Source of the DNA: Squalus acanthias
Lineage: Eukaryota
Assembly (NCBI GenBank): GCA_030390025.1
Contig: CM059438.1
Coordinates: 63,490,001 to 63,554,000 of the forward strand
Direction of reading: 5' to 3'
DNA: 64,000 nt
How positions within the stretch are numbered: the stretch's first letter is position 1; each line of letters begins with the position of its first letter. The position numbers were made by a program, and so were the translations under genes. The notes under the pieces are model-generated. The model searched no databases, was not told the DNA's origin, and saw nothing but the letters and a program-made list of their open reading frames with translations. Positions 13,200 to 24,236 of this stretch are shown here, piece after piece.

Positions 13200-15064
13200 A
13201 TGGCAGATCCACGCCCCAGGGAGAGAGCCCGCAGATTCTGCGACCATGCATTGGAGGTGTTGGTGTTCGCAGTGGAAAGACGGAGGGCAGTGCTCTACCC
13301 AGCAAGTGGCAGGGGGCCCTTGCTGCAAGTCTTCCACACCATGTGGAGGGAGGTAGCCCAGCATGTCTCGGGCAGCACTGTGGTCTCCAGGACCCACACA
13401 CAGTGCAGGAAGAAATTTAACGACCTCACTCAGGTGGTCAGGGTGAGTGAATGCTTCAACAAATGCTACATTCCACCATCTGTACCACAATCTTCACACA
13501 CTGCCCAAAGCACCACACCCCCAGCACTCACCCACCAACAATCTCGATCTACCAACACTCACACCCACATCTCACACCCTGCACACAATCACAGCTATTC
13601 AATTATGGCAGGCACATCTCCCAAACACATTGCTCCATACTCACTCACACACTTTCCTTTCTCTTGCAGGCCAAGGTGGCTCATAACAGGAGGGAGCAGG
13701 AGCGCACAGGCGGGGGACAAGCCGACACCCAACCACTGTCTGAGCTAGAGACTCGAGTACTGCAGATTATTGGGCGCCAGGTGGTGGGCGCCATGGCCAC
13801 CAGCAATGTTGACCCCCTTGGAGACAACAATGGTATGTTCATCCCTACTCCTTCTTCTCACATCCCACTTCCCCCTCACCCACAAGCGTTTTGCACTTTC
13901 CAGCTAATCATGCTGTATGCATCCCTTCCTCCCCCCTCTCCTCACCTTAACCCGAAGCTTGTGCCTTTATGCTTTCAGATAATGAGCAAGCACCTGAGCA
14001 GCCTGTCCCTGAGAGGTACCATAGAGAGTGAGGCGGGAGAAGAGGAGGAGGAAGAACACACCGCATCACTGCATGTCTCACCCGCAGGTACCAGCTCAGA
14101 TACTGGCACTACGCGTTCTTTAGAGGCTAGTGTAGTAGTGGGATCTGCACAGGGTGATGCACCGGGGATGAGCAGGCTGCAGCAAGGCCAGGGGGAAAGG
14201 GTAGCTCGGGAGCCAGCTCCCTGGAGGGCGAGTTCTGCTGCACAGGACTCAGATGAGGACCTCAATGGTGAGGCCTTTAGAAGAAGGGTGATGGGCATGC
14301 ACACGGAGATCATAGGTGCAATGGCAAAGGTGCCCACAAGCCTCTTGGAAATGGTAAGGAGCGTGGAGGAGTCCGCCTCCAACATTTAAACAGAGATCTG
14401 CGCACACCATGGAGCCCATCATTTCCAGTCTGTAAATGATGGTAGACTCCCAGAGAGACCGTGGTGACCCAGACCCGATGCCGCGTATGATGGACGATCT
14501 GGCAGCTTCCATTGCAGCACAGGCAGAAGCGACGCAATGTCTTAGTGCTGTAATGCAGTCTATGCTTGGTAACATCCAATCTTAGACTGCTCTCATACAG
14601 TCTCAGCTTGATGCAACGCAAGCTCTGACTGCTGTCAACTGGGGCTTTCACGGTGTCGCAGCAGGCCAGCAATCTGTGCTCCAGTAGATTTCTAGGGATG
14701 CTGAGGTGCTACCCCGGGGGAGTGGCAGTGGGTCAGTGGAGCAGGAAGCTGCTGTCCTCTCTCAGGATGACAGCATTCCTGCTCCCACCACAGGCACTCC
14801 GCCATTGCCCTTGTCACTGCCTGTCATCCAGCCAGCCCAGACTGCTGCCGCCCATGCTGAGGTGGTGCAGTCTACAGCCGGGCCTTCCAGGCTCAGAGTT
14901 GGTTGAGGAGGTGTCCTGCAAGGCCATCTGAAGTCTCCCACACGGACACTCAGCAGCCTTCCACCCGCCGTGCTGCAGACACTGGACCAACACTTCGTAG
15001 GAGCACTAAAGTAGGCAAAGGGACAGTAACGTCAGGCACTAAGGGATTGCACAAGGGTGAATAG
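13200..15064 (+). pseudogene. Harbinger Myb/SANT DNA-binding protein gene, 3 exons (13200-13442, 13670-13832, 13979-15064)
   Basis: Exon 1 RARRFCDHALEVLV...WREVAQHVS...RTHTQCRKKFNDL then GTGAGT; exon 2 AKVAHNRREQERTGGG then GTATGT; exon 3 acidic and low-complexity with frameshifts and stops. Confidence 0.85.
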
Positions 15065-15229
15065 TTAATATTGTTGTTCTAAATATGTGTTCACTGATTA
15101 TTGATAAATTTAATAATTCAGTTTGGATTGTTTTGTGGTGTCTCTCATTTCAGCTTTGCGCTGTGATATGGCCTGCGACAGGGATGGAATGATGTCGATG
15201 TGGTGAGCAACGGGGATCTGGGGTTTAAT

Positions 15230-16396
15230 TTATTGGAACCGCAGTCTGATGAGGCGGTCACAGACCGCCCTTCCGGAAGGCTGATTGAGTGGCTGCCTCC
15301 TCCCTCACTCCTGTTACTCCTCCCCTCGTCCTCCTCTTCCTCCTCCTCTCCCTCTTCTTCCTTCTGAGGTGGTCCCGCAATCCCTGGTGGCAAGGGTTGG
15401 GCCCTCATGATGGCCAAGTTGTGGAGCATGCAGCAGACCACGACGAAATGGGACACCCGCTCAGCCGAGTATTGGAAAGCTCCTCCCGAGTAGTCAAGGC
15501 AGCGGAACCGTTGCTTCAGCACCTCGATGGTCTGCTCGATGATGTTCCTGGTGGTGGCATGGCTCTCATTATATGATTGCTGGGCAGGAGTGTTGGGGTT
15601 GCGGAGGGGAGTCATGAGCCAGGTGGAGAGTGAATACCCCTTGTCTCCGACCAGCCAGCCGCAAGCTTGACGTGGTGGCTGGAAGAGTGCTGACACACCG
15701 ATCTGGCACAGGATGAAGGCATCGTGGCTGCTGCCAGGATAGAGGGCATTGACATTGAGGATTCACTGTCTGTGGTCGCACACCAACTGCACATTAAGTG
15801 AGTGGTAGCCTTTGCGGTTACAGAAGATCTCAGGATTGTTATGTCGTGCGCGCGAAGCCACGTGGGTGCAGTCAATGGCGCTCTGCACCATGGGGAATCC
15901 CGCTATCCTGGCAAAGCCACATGCACGTTTGTCCTGCTTCTCTCTGGTGATGGGGATGGAAATGTAGTCACTTCTCCTACTGTAGAGAGCCTCTGTGACC
16001 TCCCAGATGCAGCGATGGATGGTGAACTGCGAGATGTTCACTATATCTCTTGTTGCAGACTGGTAACAATCTGCTGGCGAAGAAATTGAGGGTGACGGTG
16101 ACCTTGACTGCTAGAGAGAGAGCCGTGGTTGCCCTGATCTGAGGCTCGAGGTCTGGTTGCAGGAGGTGGCAGAGTTCTGTGACCACCTCCTTGCTGAAGT
16201 GGAGCCTTCTAATACACTGCTCCTCGCTTAATTGGAGGTAGGAGAAGTGCTCTCGGAATACCCTCAGAGGGTAAGGCCTCCTGTTGAGAGCCCTCATGGC
16301 CCTCCTCCTCCCTCTGGGCACCAGTCTTTCTCGCTGCCTTCGCTCCCTCCAAAGTAGCACCTGGAGGGCGAGGTCGACTGCCAGTACAGCCCCCAT
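15230..16396 (-). pseudogene. Harbinger DDE transposase (HARBI1-like), frameshifted
   Basis: GFPMVQSAIDCTHV, NRKGYHSLNVQLVCD, YPGSSHDAFIL, LVGDKGY, RNIIEQTIEVLKQRFRCL, CCMLHNL. Confidence 0.93.
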
Positions 16397-17573
16397 TAAT
16401 GTAACCAAGTGTAGCACTTTGATATGTTGTGAGAATAAATGTAACTAATTGTTAGTAGCCACAACACTCCTGATACTAAACAACCTTTAAATATCTGAAT
16501 TAAACTGTTGCACAATGTCAAACTGACAAGGAAGCAGTGAAACAGCACTAACATGACAGCTGCGACTCATTACTCATGATCCCTTTAAATAGCGCCCTTG
16601 GTTCCGGCTACCGACTGCTTGATGCCTCATCTCCCTGTCGCTGTCAGGGCGAGGTGCTGAGCCAGTGGGTGACAATGAATTTTGCAGATCAGGCGCCCAG
16701 TGAGTGTTGCACACTCACTGACGTCACAATCTGCCTGGCGCTGAGGTCCCTGGCGGTAACTCATAGCGGCGGTGCTATGGGGGGCTGGATTTAGCGTGCG
16801 TCGCTGGATTTGCCTTGCTCCAGCGCTACTGCATCAGCGCCTCATTAGCGCCCCCACCAGGCGCTAACTGGAAGTGCTAACCTACTGAATTTTTCCCACT
16901 TAGTTCCCAACCTTGGTCACTTTGCAACCGCGTCTCCGTAATGGCTATTAGATCAAACCTATTAATTTCTATCTGATTGGTGGAGGTCGCAGACGACACT
17001 TCCTCAGAGAAGCTGATTCTCCTCCCTCCCCCATGGCCGGGGAGATGCGTCTAGGCCAGCGTACACAGAGCCACATACAGGTGGGCTGAGCTGGAAAACA
17101 AGGCTGCCTCTGATGGCAGGCCCAACTTGGTTTGTGTTGCCATGTGGATTCGCTCGTGGAAACTACCTCAGAAGGCAGCAATATCAAGCTTTACTTCGCT
17201 GTAAATCACATGAAACTTCATGATTGCTGCTTTGGAGAATAGATTTATTGTCATTTATTCACTAAGTCTCAGTACAGGCTACCGTGTAGGTACGCTGGGA
17301 TAGAAACACAGGGGGTTTATTGCTCGTGTGGGAGGTGTTACCATCTGGCTTGTAGACCTTCAGTTGGGATAATTTAAACAAAATCAAAATTGGTAACTTG
17401 AGTGGTCAGCACATGATGAATAGACGTGTGAACATTGGTCCCAGGTTTAGTGCTGCGCCATTAACCGCGCCACAAATTTAGAATCATTTCCACCGTACAA
17501 TTTCTTTGCTTACAGGAGGCACCAACGTTAAAGCTTTGGCCCTGAAGGTTGTGCTGTGTGGCATTCTCATATT

Positions 17574-17592
17574 GCACCAGTAGGGGGAGCTG
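17574..17592 (+). promoter_or_regulatory. Candidate CTCF site
   Basis: GCACCAGTAGGGGGAGCTG resembles the CTCF core CCASYAGRKGGCRS; motif match only. Confidence 0.35.
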
Positions 17593-17817
17593 CTGCACTT
17601 AGAATAAACCAAACAGAGAGAAGGGAAATCCGAGGACCAATCCCTGACTCGTTGCCTGACCAGTAATGACCGGGGCAACCAATGGAAAATTCTACTAGAG
17701 AATTAGGCTGCAACAAATGCATGACTCTTTTTTCAAAGAGCATGGCTCTTCCGTGTACTAAAACTGCTATTATAATGCTTTAAAGGCAAATTAAACCATA
17801 GCTCAGTATCAATTGTA

Positions 17818-17892
17818 GCATAGGAACAAAGGAACAGGAGTAGGCCAATCAGCCCCTCAACTCAGCGAGGCCATTCAATTAGATCATGGGTG
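17818..17892 (-). mobile_element. CR1 3' tail fragment
   Basis: CATAGGAAC...GGAGTAGGCC...GATCATGG, the reverse complement of the CR1 tail. Confidence 0.7.
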
Positions 17893-18229
17893 ATAACATC
17901 TATTGATGACTTTCTCACCTTGTGTTGCCATTCAGTGGAATCACACCGCGCACCGTTGACTGCGTTTAGGGAGGCTGCCTCCTATTTTTAAAAATTAAGA
18001 AGTGCCAATTTTCCTCTCGGGGCCCCCGCCAGGCTCTGGATAGGCACAGTGTACTGGAGGTGTGCTGCACTTGTGAAGGGAGGAGGCCGCTTAATTTTAC
18101 TACCGCAAGCCATTTCCCAGGCTTTGGGAAACCAGGCAGCTAAAGGGAGGTGAGGACTGCTGCGTGGAAGAGGTAAGTGCCTTTCCAGCACTGCTTGTGG
18201 GCCAGGAGCAGCTTCCCCCCGGCCCCCCA

Positions 18230-18620
18230 AGCTAACCTGCTCCCCCACCAGCCCCACGATCGGACCCCCCCCCCACGCCACGACCGGACTCCCCCATGCA
18301 ATCGGACCCCTACCCTCCGTGATCGGATCCTCCCTCGCGATTGGACACCCCCCCCCGCGACCATAGCCCCTCCTGCGATCCAGTCTCCCCCCGCGATTGG
18401 ACTTCACCCACCCCCTGCGGTCCGATCTCTCACCCCCGCCCGCCACCCACCCCGAGCCATGATCTCTCCCCTCCAGCCTCCGATCTCCCCGATCCCCCTC
18501 ACCGGCCTCTAATATCCCCCGCTGGCTTGCAATCTCTTCACTCCCCCCCCACCAACACCAATCAACTTCTCCGCGCCCCCCCCCCCCGGCTTTTCCGATC
18601 CCCCCCTCCTCTCCGCTCCT
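18230..18620 (+). repeat. C-rich degenerate tandem repeat (CGATC-C(n) units) in the subterminal part of the old Harbinger derivative
   Basis: Repeated CGATCGGACCCC/CGATCTCCCC units. Confidence 0.65.
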
Positions 18621-19004
18621 GCTGCGGCCTGATGCCGAAGGCCTACCTGCCCAACATCCAGCCAGCCTCTCAATGTGACTGACTACAGCTGGGAAACTGA
18701 GACCAAAAATGTGAATCAGGTCCTGCCGTTAAATTCGGCAGGACCTGAGGGAAACCCGTTCTTCTGAAAGCAAAACTTCACCCCACCCCACGCTCCCTTC
18801 CTGCCTCCCCATTAATATCGGGACCTCACTTTCTACACTCACTATCAAAGAACGGCGGCTTTAGTGAGACACTGTGCCGTGGACCCATGCCCGAGCAACT
18901 TCAGGAGAGGAGGGGAGAACACTAAATAAACAGAAACCTATCATGCAACTCCCTGGCGGTAATTTGGATATATTTGCAGTCATTTCTGTAATATTTAAAT
19001 ATTG

Positions 19005-19765
19005 GGGCAGAAATTCGGGTCCCCACGGGTGAGGACGTGCTGTGTACTCACCCGTAGGGCCACCGGAAGTGCCGGTTTTGCGCATGCACTGCGCATGCAT
19101 GGGAAACCGGAACTTCCGATCTCGTGAAAGAAGGGGTTCGAGGGTCAACCGCGTGCGCCGGAGAGGCAGCGCGCACGCAGCGAACTTCTGTTTTTTTTTA
19201 CAGGTTTCTGCGTGAGGGTAAGTACGGAGAAGCTGCGCAGGAAAAAAGGAGGCGCAAGGCCTGCTTTTAACAAGGTAAGTGGTGAATTAATTACAATTTA
19301 AACATTTTTTCAACAGGTTTATCTTTTTTACATACTTTAAAGAAAGGTAAGTTTATTTTTAGCACCATTAAAAAATGTAATTAATTTTTTCAAAATTTTA
19401 ATTTTTGTTTGAAGTAGTTAATTTATGTAATTTATAGTTATTTAAAAATGTGATTTTAAAAAAATGTATTTGAAGTTTAAGTGAGGTTTTGGGGCCGATC
19501 TCTATTCATAGATTTGACAGGTCTTCCTGCCAAAATCTATGAATGGAGATTCCCTGCTCCGATTGGCTCTCCATGGCCCACGTGATCCCAGGGGATGCTT
19601 CAAACTAACTGCGCCCCTAGGATACGCAAGCACTGCGCGCCGGCAGCTGCAGGAGGCCCAGGAGCCGAAGTCCACGCGGGCCCGAAGCACAACCGCAGGC
19701 GCGGTATGTAAGTACGCGCGCGATGCTTGCACCTGCGGGAAGCCGGAGAGCCGAATTTCTGGCCC
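19005..19765. mobile_element. Harbinger-type MITE, family A
   Basis: TIR GGGGCAGAAATTCGG/CCGAATTTCTGGCCC (14/15), perfect 3-bp TSD ATT; GC-rich arms around an AT-rich core. Confidence 0.9.
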
Positions 19766-19988
19766 ATTGACTTTTCTTGTAGAACTATTTGTTTCATTTT
19801 TAAATAATCTTTAATGTTCTTATTGATGTTTTTATTTTGAGGAGGTGGACATCATTCAGTCTGCTGATTTTGGGACTGATTTCATTGGGACCTTTAATGC
19901 TCCTTTCACAACAAGAGCTGTGAGCGCGAACAAGGTTATTTTGCTCAGTCGAAGAGTGTCTTCCTAATGTGTTAATGTGGCAAATATA

Positions 19989-20115
19989 CATAAGAAATAG
20001 GAGTAGGAGTAGGCCATTTGGCCCTTCGAGCCTGCTCCGCCATTCAGTAAGATCATGGCTGATCTTTTACCTCATCTCCACTTTCCTGCACTATCCCCAT
20101 ATCCCTTGATTCCCT
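19989..20115 (-). mobile_element. CR1 3' tail
   Basis: Reverse complement of GGAATCAAGGGATATGG...GATCAGCCATGATC...GGCCTACTCCT...TTCTTATG. Confidence 0.9.
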
Positions 20116-20353
20116 TTAATCTACATATAGACCGGGCAAACTAAATCTGCAGCAATAGTGTGGAGGACGAACCCATGGAGTGCAGGCAAGACAGCCCCCC
20201 CAGACCAGCACGCCGAGGAACCAACCAGGGAACAGGCCGCCCTAGATCCAGCATTGTGCAACGAGAAACGACCAATCAACAACCTTGTAGCAAAGGGGCC
20301 CCCCCCCAGGGAAGAGCGACCACAACACGACAGAACTTTATATTGAGTTTGAA
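20114..20353 (+). mobile_element. CR1 endonuclease fragment with massive T>C hypermutation
   Basis: Aligns by eye to the reverse complement of ~12320-12554; FLDQYVEEPTREQTILDLVLCNEKELINN has become PPDQHAEEPTREQAALDPALCNEKRPINN. Confidence 0.9.
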
Positions 20354-20770
20354 TATTCTAAACATGTTCTAAAGGGACCACATGCACGATAAGTAGGGAG
20401 AGTGATTCATTACCTCACAGCTCTGCTCAGAAACTAGCATTTTCGCTACCACCCCGGAACATTTTGTAAAAAATTGAGGTGCTTCGGCAGCAACTGACAC
20501 TACACACAAGAGTCGAGATTCACAGGATGCTGTGTCACTACATATCACGTATCTTGAAGACAACTATTAACAGAAACCTAACTTAGGCTGTTTGTATGAT
20601 GTGATGGGAGAAGTCTTTGTTTTAATGGACTTTTTTTTTTACAGTATTTTATAAATTTTCTTTCAAATAAAAATATACTGTTTGCAGCGCTATAGAAACT
20701 GTGTGCTGGGGGTCCCTCAGCTGTTTGAAGGTCGGACTGCCTCCTTCCTTCCCTTCCCCAAAAAGCCCAC

Positions 20771-21849
20771 AAATGCTCTGACTGAAGGCAGTTCGACTAT
20801 GAGAATTACACGCTTTTATCGACACCAGCACCTTGGCTGCCCGTGCTTGCAAACATCGCACCACCACACCTACGCCGCGAATATGCCGTCTCCAGAGAAC
20901 ACAACCGCTACACCAGCAAAGACATGCCGATCCAGGCCGACGGACAACCGACCACCAACCCGTCTCAAATCTAGAAGGCCATTTTGGACCGTCGCCGAAG
21001 CCCTTCAGCGATCTCCCCTCAGCCTTGCTGACCGATGGTGAAATGCTTGGAAGAACTGCGACATACGGAATGGATTCCTTATAGAGGACCCCACAGTACA
21101 ACCTGAAGGATCAAACCTTCCTCGCAAACAGTGGACAAGAAAGAAGAAAGAAAGACTTGCATTTATATAGCGCCTTTCACGACCACCGGACGTCTCAAAG
21201 CGCTTCACAGCCAATGAAGTACTTTTGGAGTGTAGTCACTGTTGTAATGTGGGAAATGCAGCAGCCAATTTGCTCCCACAAACAGCAATGTGATAATGAC
21301 CAGATAATCTGTTTTTGTTATGTTGACTGAGGGTTAAATATTGGCCCCAGGACACCGGGGATAACTCCCCTGCTCTTCTTCGAAATAGTGCCATGGGATC
21401 TTTTACGTCCACCTGAGAGAGCAGACGGGGCCTCGGTTTAACGTCTCATCTGAAAGACGGCACCTCAGACAGCGCAGCACTCCCTCAGCACTGCACTGGA
21501 GTGTCAGCCTAGCTTTATGTGCTCAAGTCCCTGGAGTGAGACTTGAACCCACAACCTTCTGACTCAGAGGCAAGTGTGCTACCCACTGAGCCACAGCTGA
21601 TGCATCAGAACCGGTCATGGTAGATGCTGCCACTTTCTCCATAGATGGAAGATTAAAGCATCCCCATCATGCGACTGTGGAGCTCCTAATCAGACCCTGG
21701 AGCACATCGCTGAGCACTGCCCTCAGAGGAAATTCACAGGCAGCCTACAAGATATCCACGCTGTTACGCCGGAAGCTTTGGCCTGGATATCTGACTTAGA
21801 TATTGACATTTAATTTGTTTTTTGCTACTACCATACGAAAGAAGAAGAC
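20771..21849 (+). mobile_element. Vingi/Ingi-like LINE 3' fragment interrupted by a SINE
   Basis: WLPVLANIAPPHLRR, RLKSRRPFW, DPT..P.G.NLPRKQW, RTGHGRC motifs; CCATACG(AAG)n tail. Confidence 0.75.
21139..21600 (-). mobile_element. Deu-domain tRNA-SINE (SacSINE1-like), full length
   Basis: tRNA-like head with A/B boxes (GTGGCTCAGTGG, GGTTCAAGTC), Deu core GAGGTGCCGTCTTTCAGATGAGACGTTAAACCGAGG, L2-like tail. Confidence 0.85.
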
Positions 21850-22213
21850 TGAAGGGAACTGCACAGCCTGCCTGAGACCACTTTAGTTGTTGCACACTTG
21901 AAAATGATGCTTAGCTGAATAAAATCATCCCAATAAATAATGGGGGAAAAGGAACAAAAATATCTTCCTCACAGTAGGATTGATCAGAATGTTTTATAAA
22001 GTACGGATGATTTGAGCAGTAAAGTAAGTTTTGTTGCTGATGAGTCGGAGCTCCTGTTAAACTGGGGACATTTTCAGCCGAATCCTGCTGAACCACATTT
22101 TTATTTTTTGTCGGCAATTGAGAAGTATGATCTGTACCTTCAGACTCATCATTCAGAAAGTGGAACCTAGCGTTTGACCGGATCGGCAGGGGGTAGAGTT
22201 AAGGTGTTATACT

Positions 22214-23300
22214 GGGGGGGAATTTTAACCCCCGAGAACGCGTGGGTTGGGGGCGGGTGGGGAGTTGAAATAAGTGAATTTGAGATCGCGGCCGTAACCC
22301 GGTTCCAACACACCCACTTCCGGGTTTAACGGAGTCCCGTTTGGACGCCGGAAAATAAACTACTCGCTGAAGCCAGGGCTTTAATTAGTGCAGGTGGGTG
22401 GATACATATCGAAAAGAAAAGCAAGACTTGCATTTATACAGCGCCTTTCACGACCACAACAACAACAACTTGCATTTATATAGCGCCTTTAACGTAGTAA
22501 AACGTCCCAAGGTGCTGCACAGGAGTATTTTAAGACAAAAAATTTGACACCGATCCACATAAGGATAAATTAGGTCAGGTGACCAAAAGCTTGGTCAAAG
22601 AGGTAGGTTTTAACGAGCGTCTTAAAGGAGGAAAGAGAGATAGCGAGGCGGAGAGGATTAGGCAGGGAATTCCAGAGCTGAGGGCCTAGGCAACAGAAGG
22701 CAAGGCCACCAATGGTTGAGCGATTATAATCAGGGATCCTCAAGAGGGCAGAATTAGAGGAGCGCAGATATCTCGGGGGGGTTGTGGGGCTGAAGGAGAT
22801 TACAGAGATAGGAAGGGGCGAGGCTATGGAGGGATTTGAAAACAAGGATGAGAATTTTGAAATCGAGGCGCTGCTTAACCACAGGATGTCCCAAAGCGCT
22901 GTACAGCCAATGAAGTACTTTTTAAAGTGTAGTCGCAGCAATTAACATCTTTGGAGACGCTAATGAGGTCTTTTTCAATTGAATTTTACTTACCTTTAAA
23001 TTTAACCTCTCCAACATGGGTTTCCTGGGGTTCGGGTAACTGACCCGTGAAACAGAGGCGAGATTGAGCCACAGTTTAGGTGGGAAATGATAGTTGCGAT
23101 TGCGCCATCTGAATAAAAGCTCACTGATTGCATGCTGGTGTCTCAGTTCCCTCTGGCGGTGAGTTCACGTGGTGATAAAGCTTTTTCTAAACTTTGGAGG
23201 CTTTCAAACTGACAAGACCAGGATGGCAGGAGCTTTGGATGTGTTGGACTAGCACATCAGAAGAGGAAGACCATCACCACTGATGGCGGCGAGGCCGTGC
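22214..23300 (+). mobile_element. Probable Harbinger-type non-autonomous element with nested insertions; other end not found
   Basis: GGGGGGGAATTTTAACCCCC terminus (similar stub at ~6858) and CpG-rich subterminal region. Confidence 0.4.
22413..22935 (-). mobile_element. Deu-SINE 3' fragment interrupted by an L2 3' fragment (22457-22880)
   Basis: SINE tail GACCAC|...|ACCACAGGATGTCCC flanks an L2 3' end matching 5889-6290. Confidence 0.8.
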
Positions 23301-23511
23301 TGTGATAGGATGAGCCAAATGCCACAATCCCTGCACGAGTCTTGCTGCTGTTGGGCTTTGGACTTGGTAAAAGGTAACAGTGCGACACACAGACTTGGGC
23401 TTCAGTCACTCTCCTTTGCAGCCAAACTCATTTTTGCACATGGACCCGTTGAGGCTGGGCAGAATTTGATCCTTGCCATGACTGTTGTTGAAAAAGGTTA
23501 ACACTAATAGC

Positions 23512-24236
23512 TCCCCACCTCCCCATGACATTCAACGGCATTACCATCGCCGAATCCCCCACCATCAACATCCTGGGGGTTACCATTGACCAGAAACTGA
23601 ACTGGACCAGCCACATAAATACTATGGCCACAAGAGCAGGTCAGAGGTTAGGTATTCTGCGGCGGGTATCTCACCTCCTGACTCCCCAAAGCCTTTCCAC
23701 CATCTACAAGGCACAAGTCAGGAGTGTGATGGAATACTCTCCACTTGCCTGGATGAGTGCAGCTCCAACAACACTCAAGAAGCTTGACACCATCCAGGAC
23801 AAAGCAGCCCGTTTGATTGGTACCCCATCCACCAACTTAAACATTCACTCCCTCCACCACCGGCGTACCGTGGCTGCAGTGTGTACCATCTACAAGATGC
23901 ACTGCAGCAACTCGCCAAGGCTTCTTCGGCAGCACCTCCCAAACCCGTGACCTCTTCCACCGAGAAGGACAAGGGCAGCAGGTGCATGGGAACACCACCA
24001 CCTCCAAGTTCCCCTCCAAGTCACACACCATCCTGACTTAGAAGTATATCGTTGATCATTCATCGTCGCTGGGTCAAAATCCTGGAACTCCCGACCTAAC
24101 AGCACTGTGGAAGTACCTTCACCACTGCAGTGGTTCAAGAAGGCAGCTCACCACCACCTTCTCAAGGGCAACTAGGGATGGGCAATAAATGCTGGGCTTG
24201 CCAGCGACGCCCAGATCCCATAAGCTAATAAACAAA
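23512..24236 (+). mobile_element. CR1-group (Crack/L2-like) LINE 3' fragment; clade tentative
   Basis: ILGVTIDQKLNWTSHI, IYKAQVRSVMEYSPLAW; 3' UTR ending GCAATAAATGCTGG...CCCA. Confidence 0.85.

Larger units (their letters stand above)
12841..16899. mobile_element. Full-length two-gene PIF/Harbinger transposon (~4.06 kb, degenerate)
   Basis: TIR GGGGGAGAAATTCA/TGAATTTTTCCCAC (12/14); convergent Myb gene and DDE transposase; interrupts a CR1 precisely. Confidence 0.93.
9300..16975 (-). mobile_element. CR1 LINE (degenerate ORF2) split by a MITE (10840-11685) and a Harbinger (12841-16899)
   Basis: Collinear ORF2 pieces over 9462-12697; the endonuclease N-terminus (DLIAITET...WELN) resumes at 16900-16975 after the Harbinger. 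Confidence 0.92.
7900..18825 (+). mobile_element. Old Myb-only Harbinger derivative expanded by nested insertions
   Basis: TIR-like ends GGCCCCGATATTAA (7900) and TTAATATCGGGACC (18812-18825), 13/14 match; Myb exons inside; no clean TSD, so pairing of the two ends is inferred. Confidence 0.55.

Noticed and set aside
12841..16899. Host HARBI1/NAIF1 gene pair
   Set aside because: It has TIRs, interrupts a CR1, is frameshifted and has a second copy in the window, so it is a transposon
18230..18620. A second T>C hyper-edited region
   Set aside because: C-rich, but no T-rich parent sequence is identifiable; explained by tandem repeat units
17988..18682. Pro/Gly-rich ORFs
   Set aside because: Artefacts of a C-rich tandem repeat with few stop codons
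21530..21600. tRNA gene (also at 35570-35640 and 49071-49150)
   Set aside because: tRNA-derived SINE heads continuous with SINE bodies
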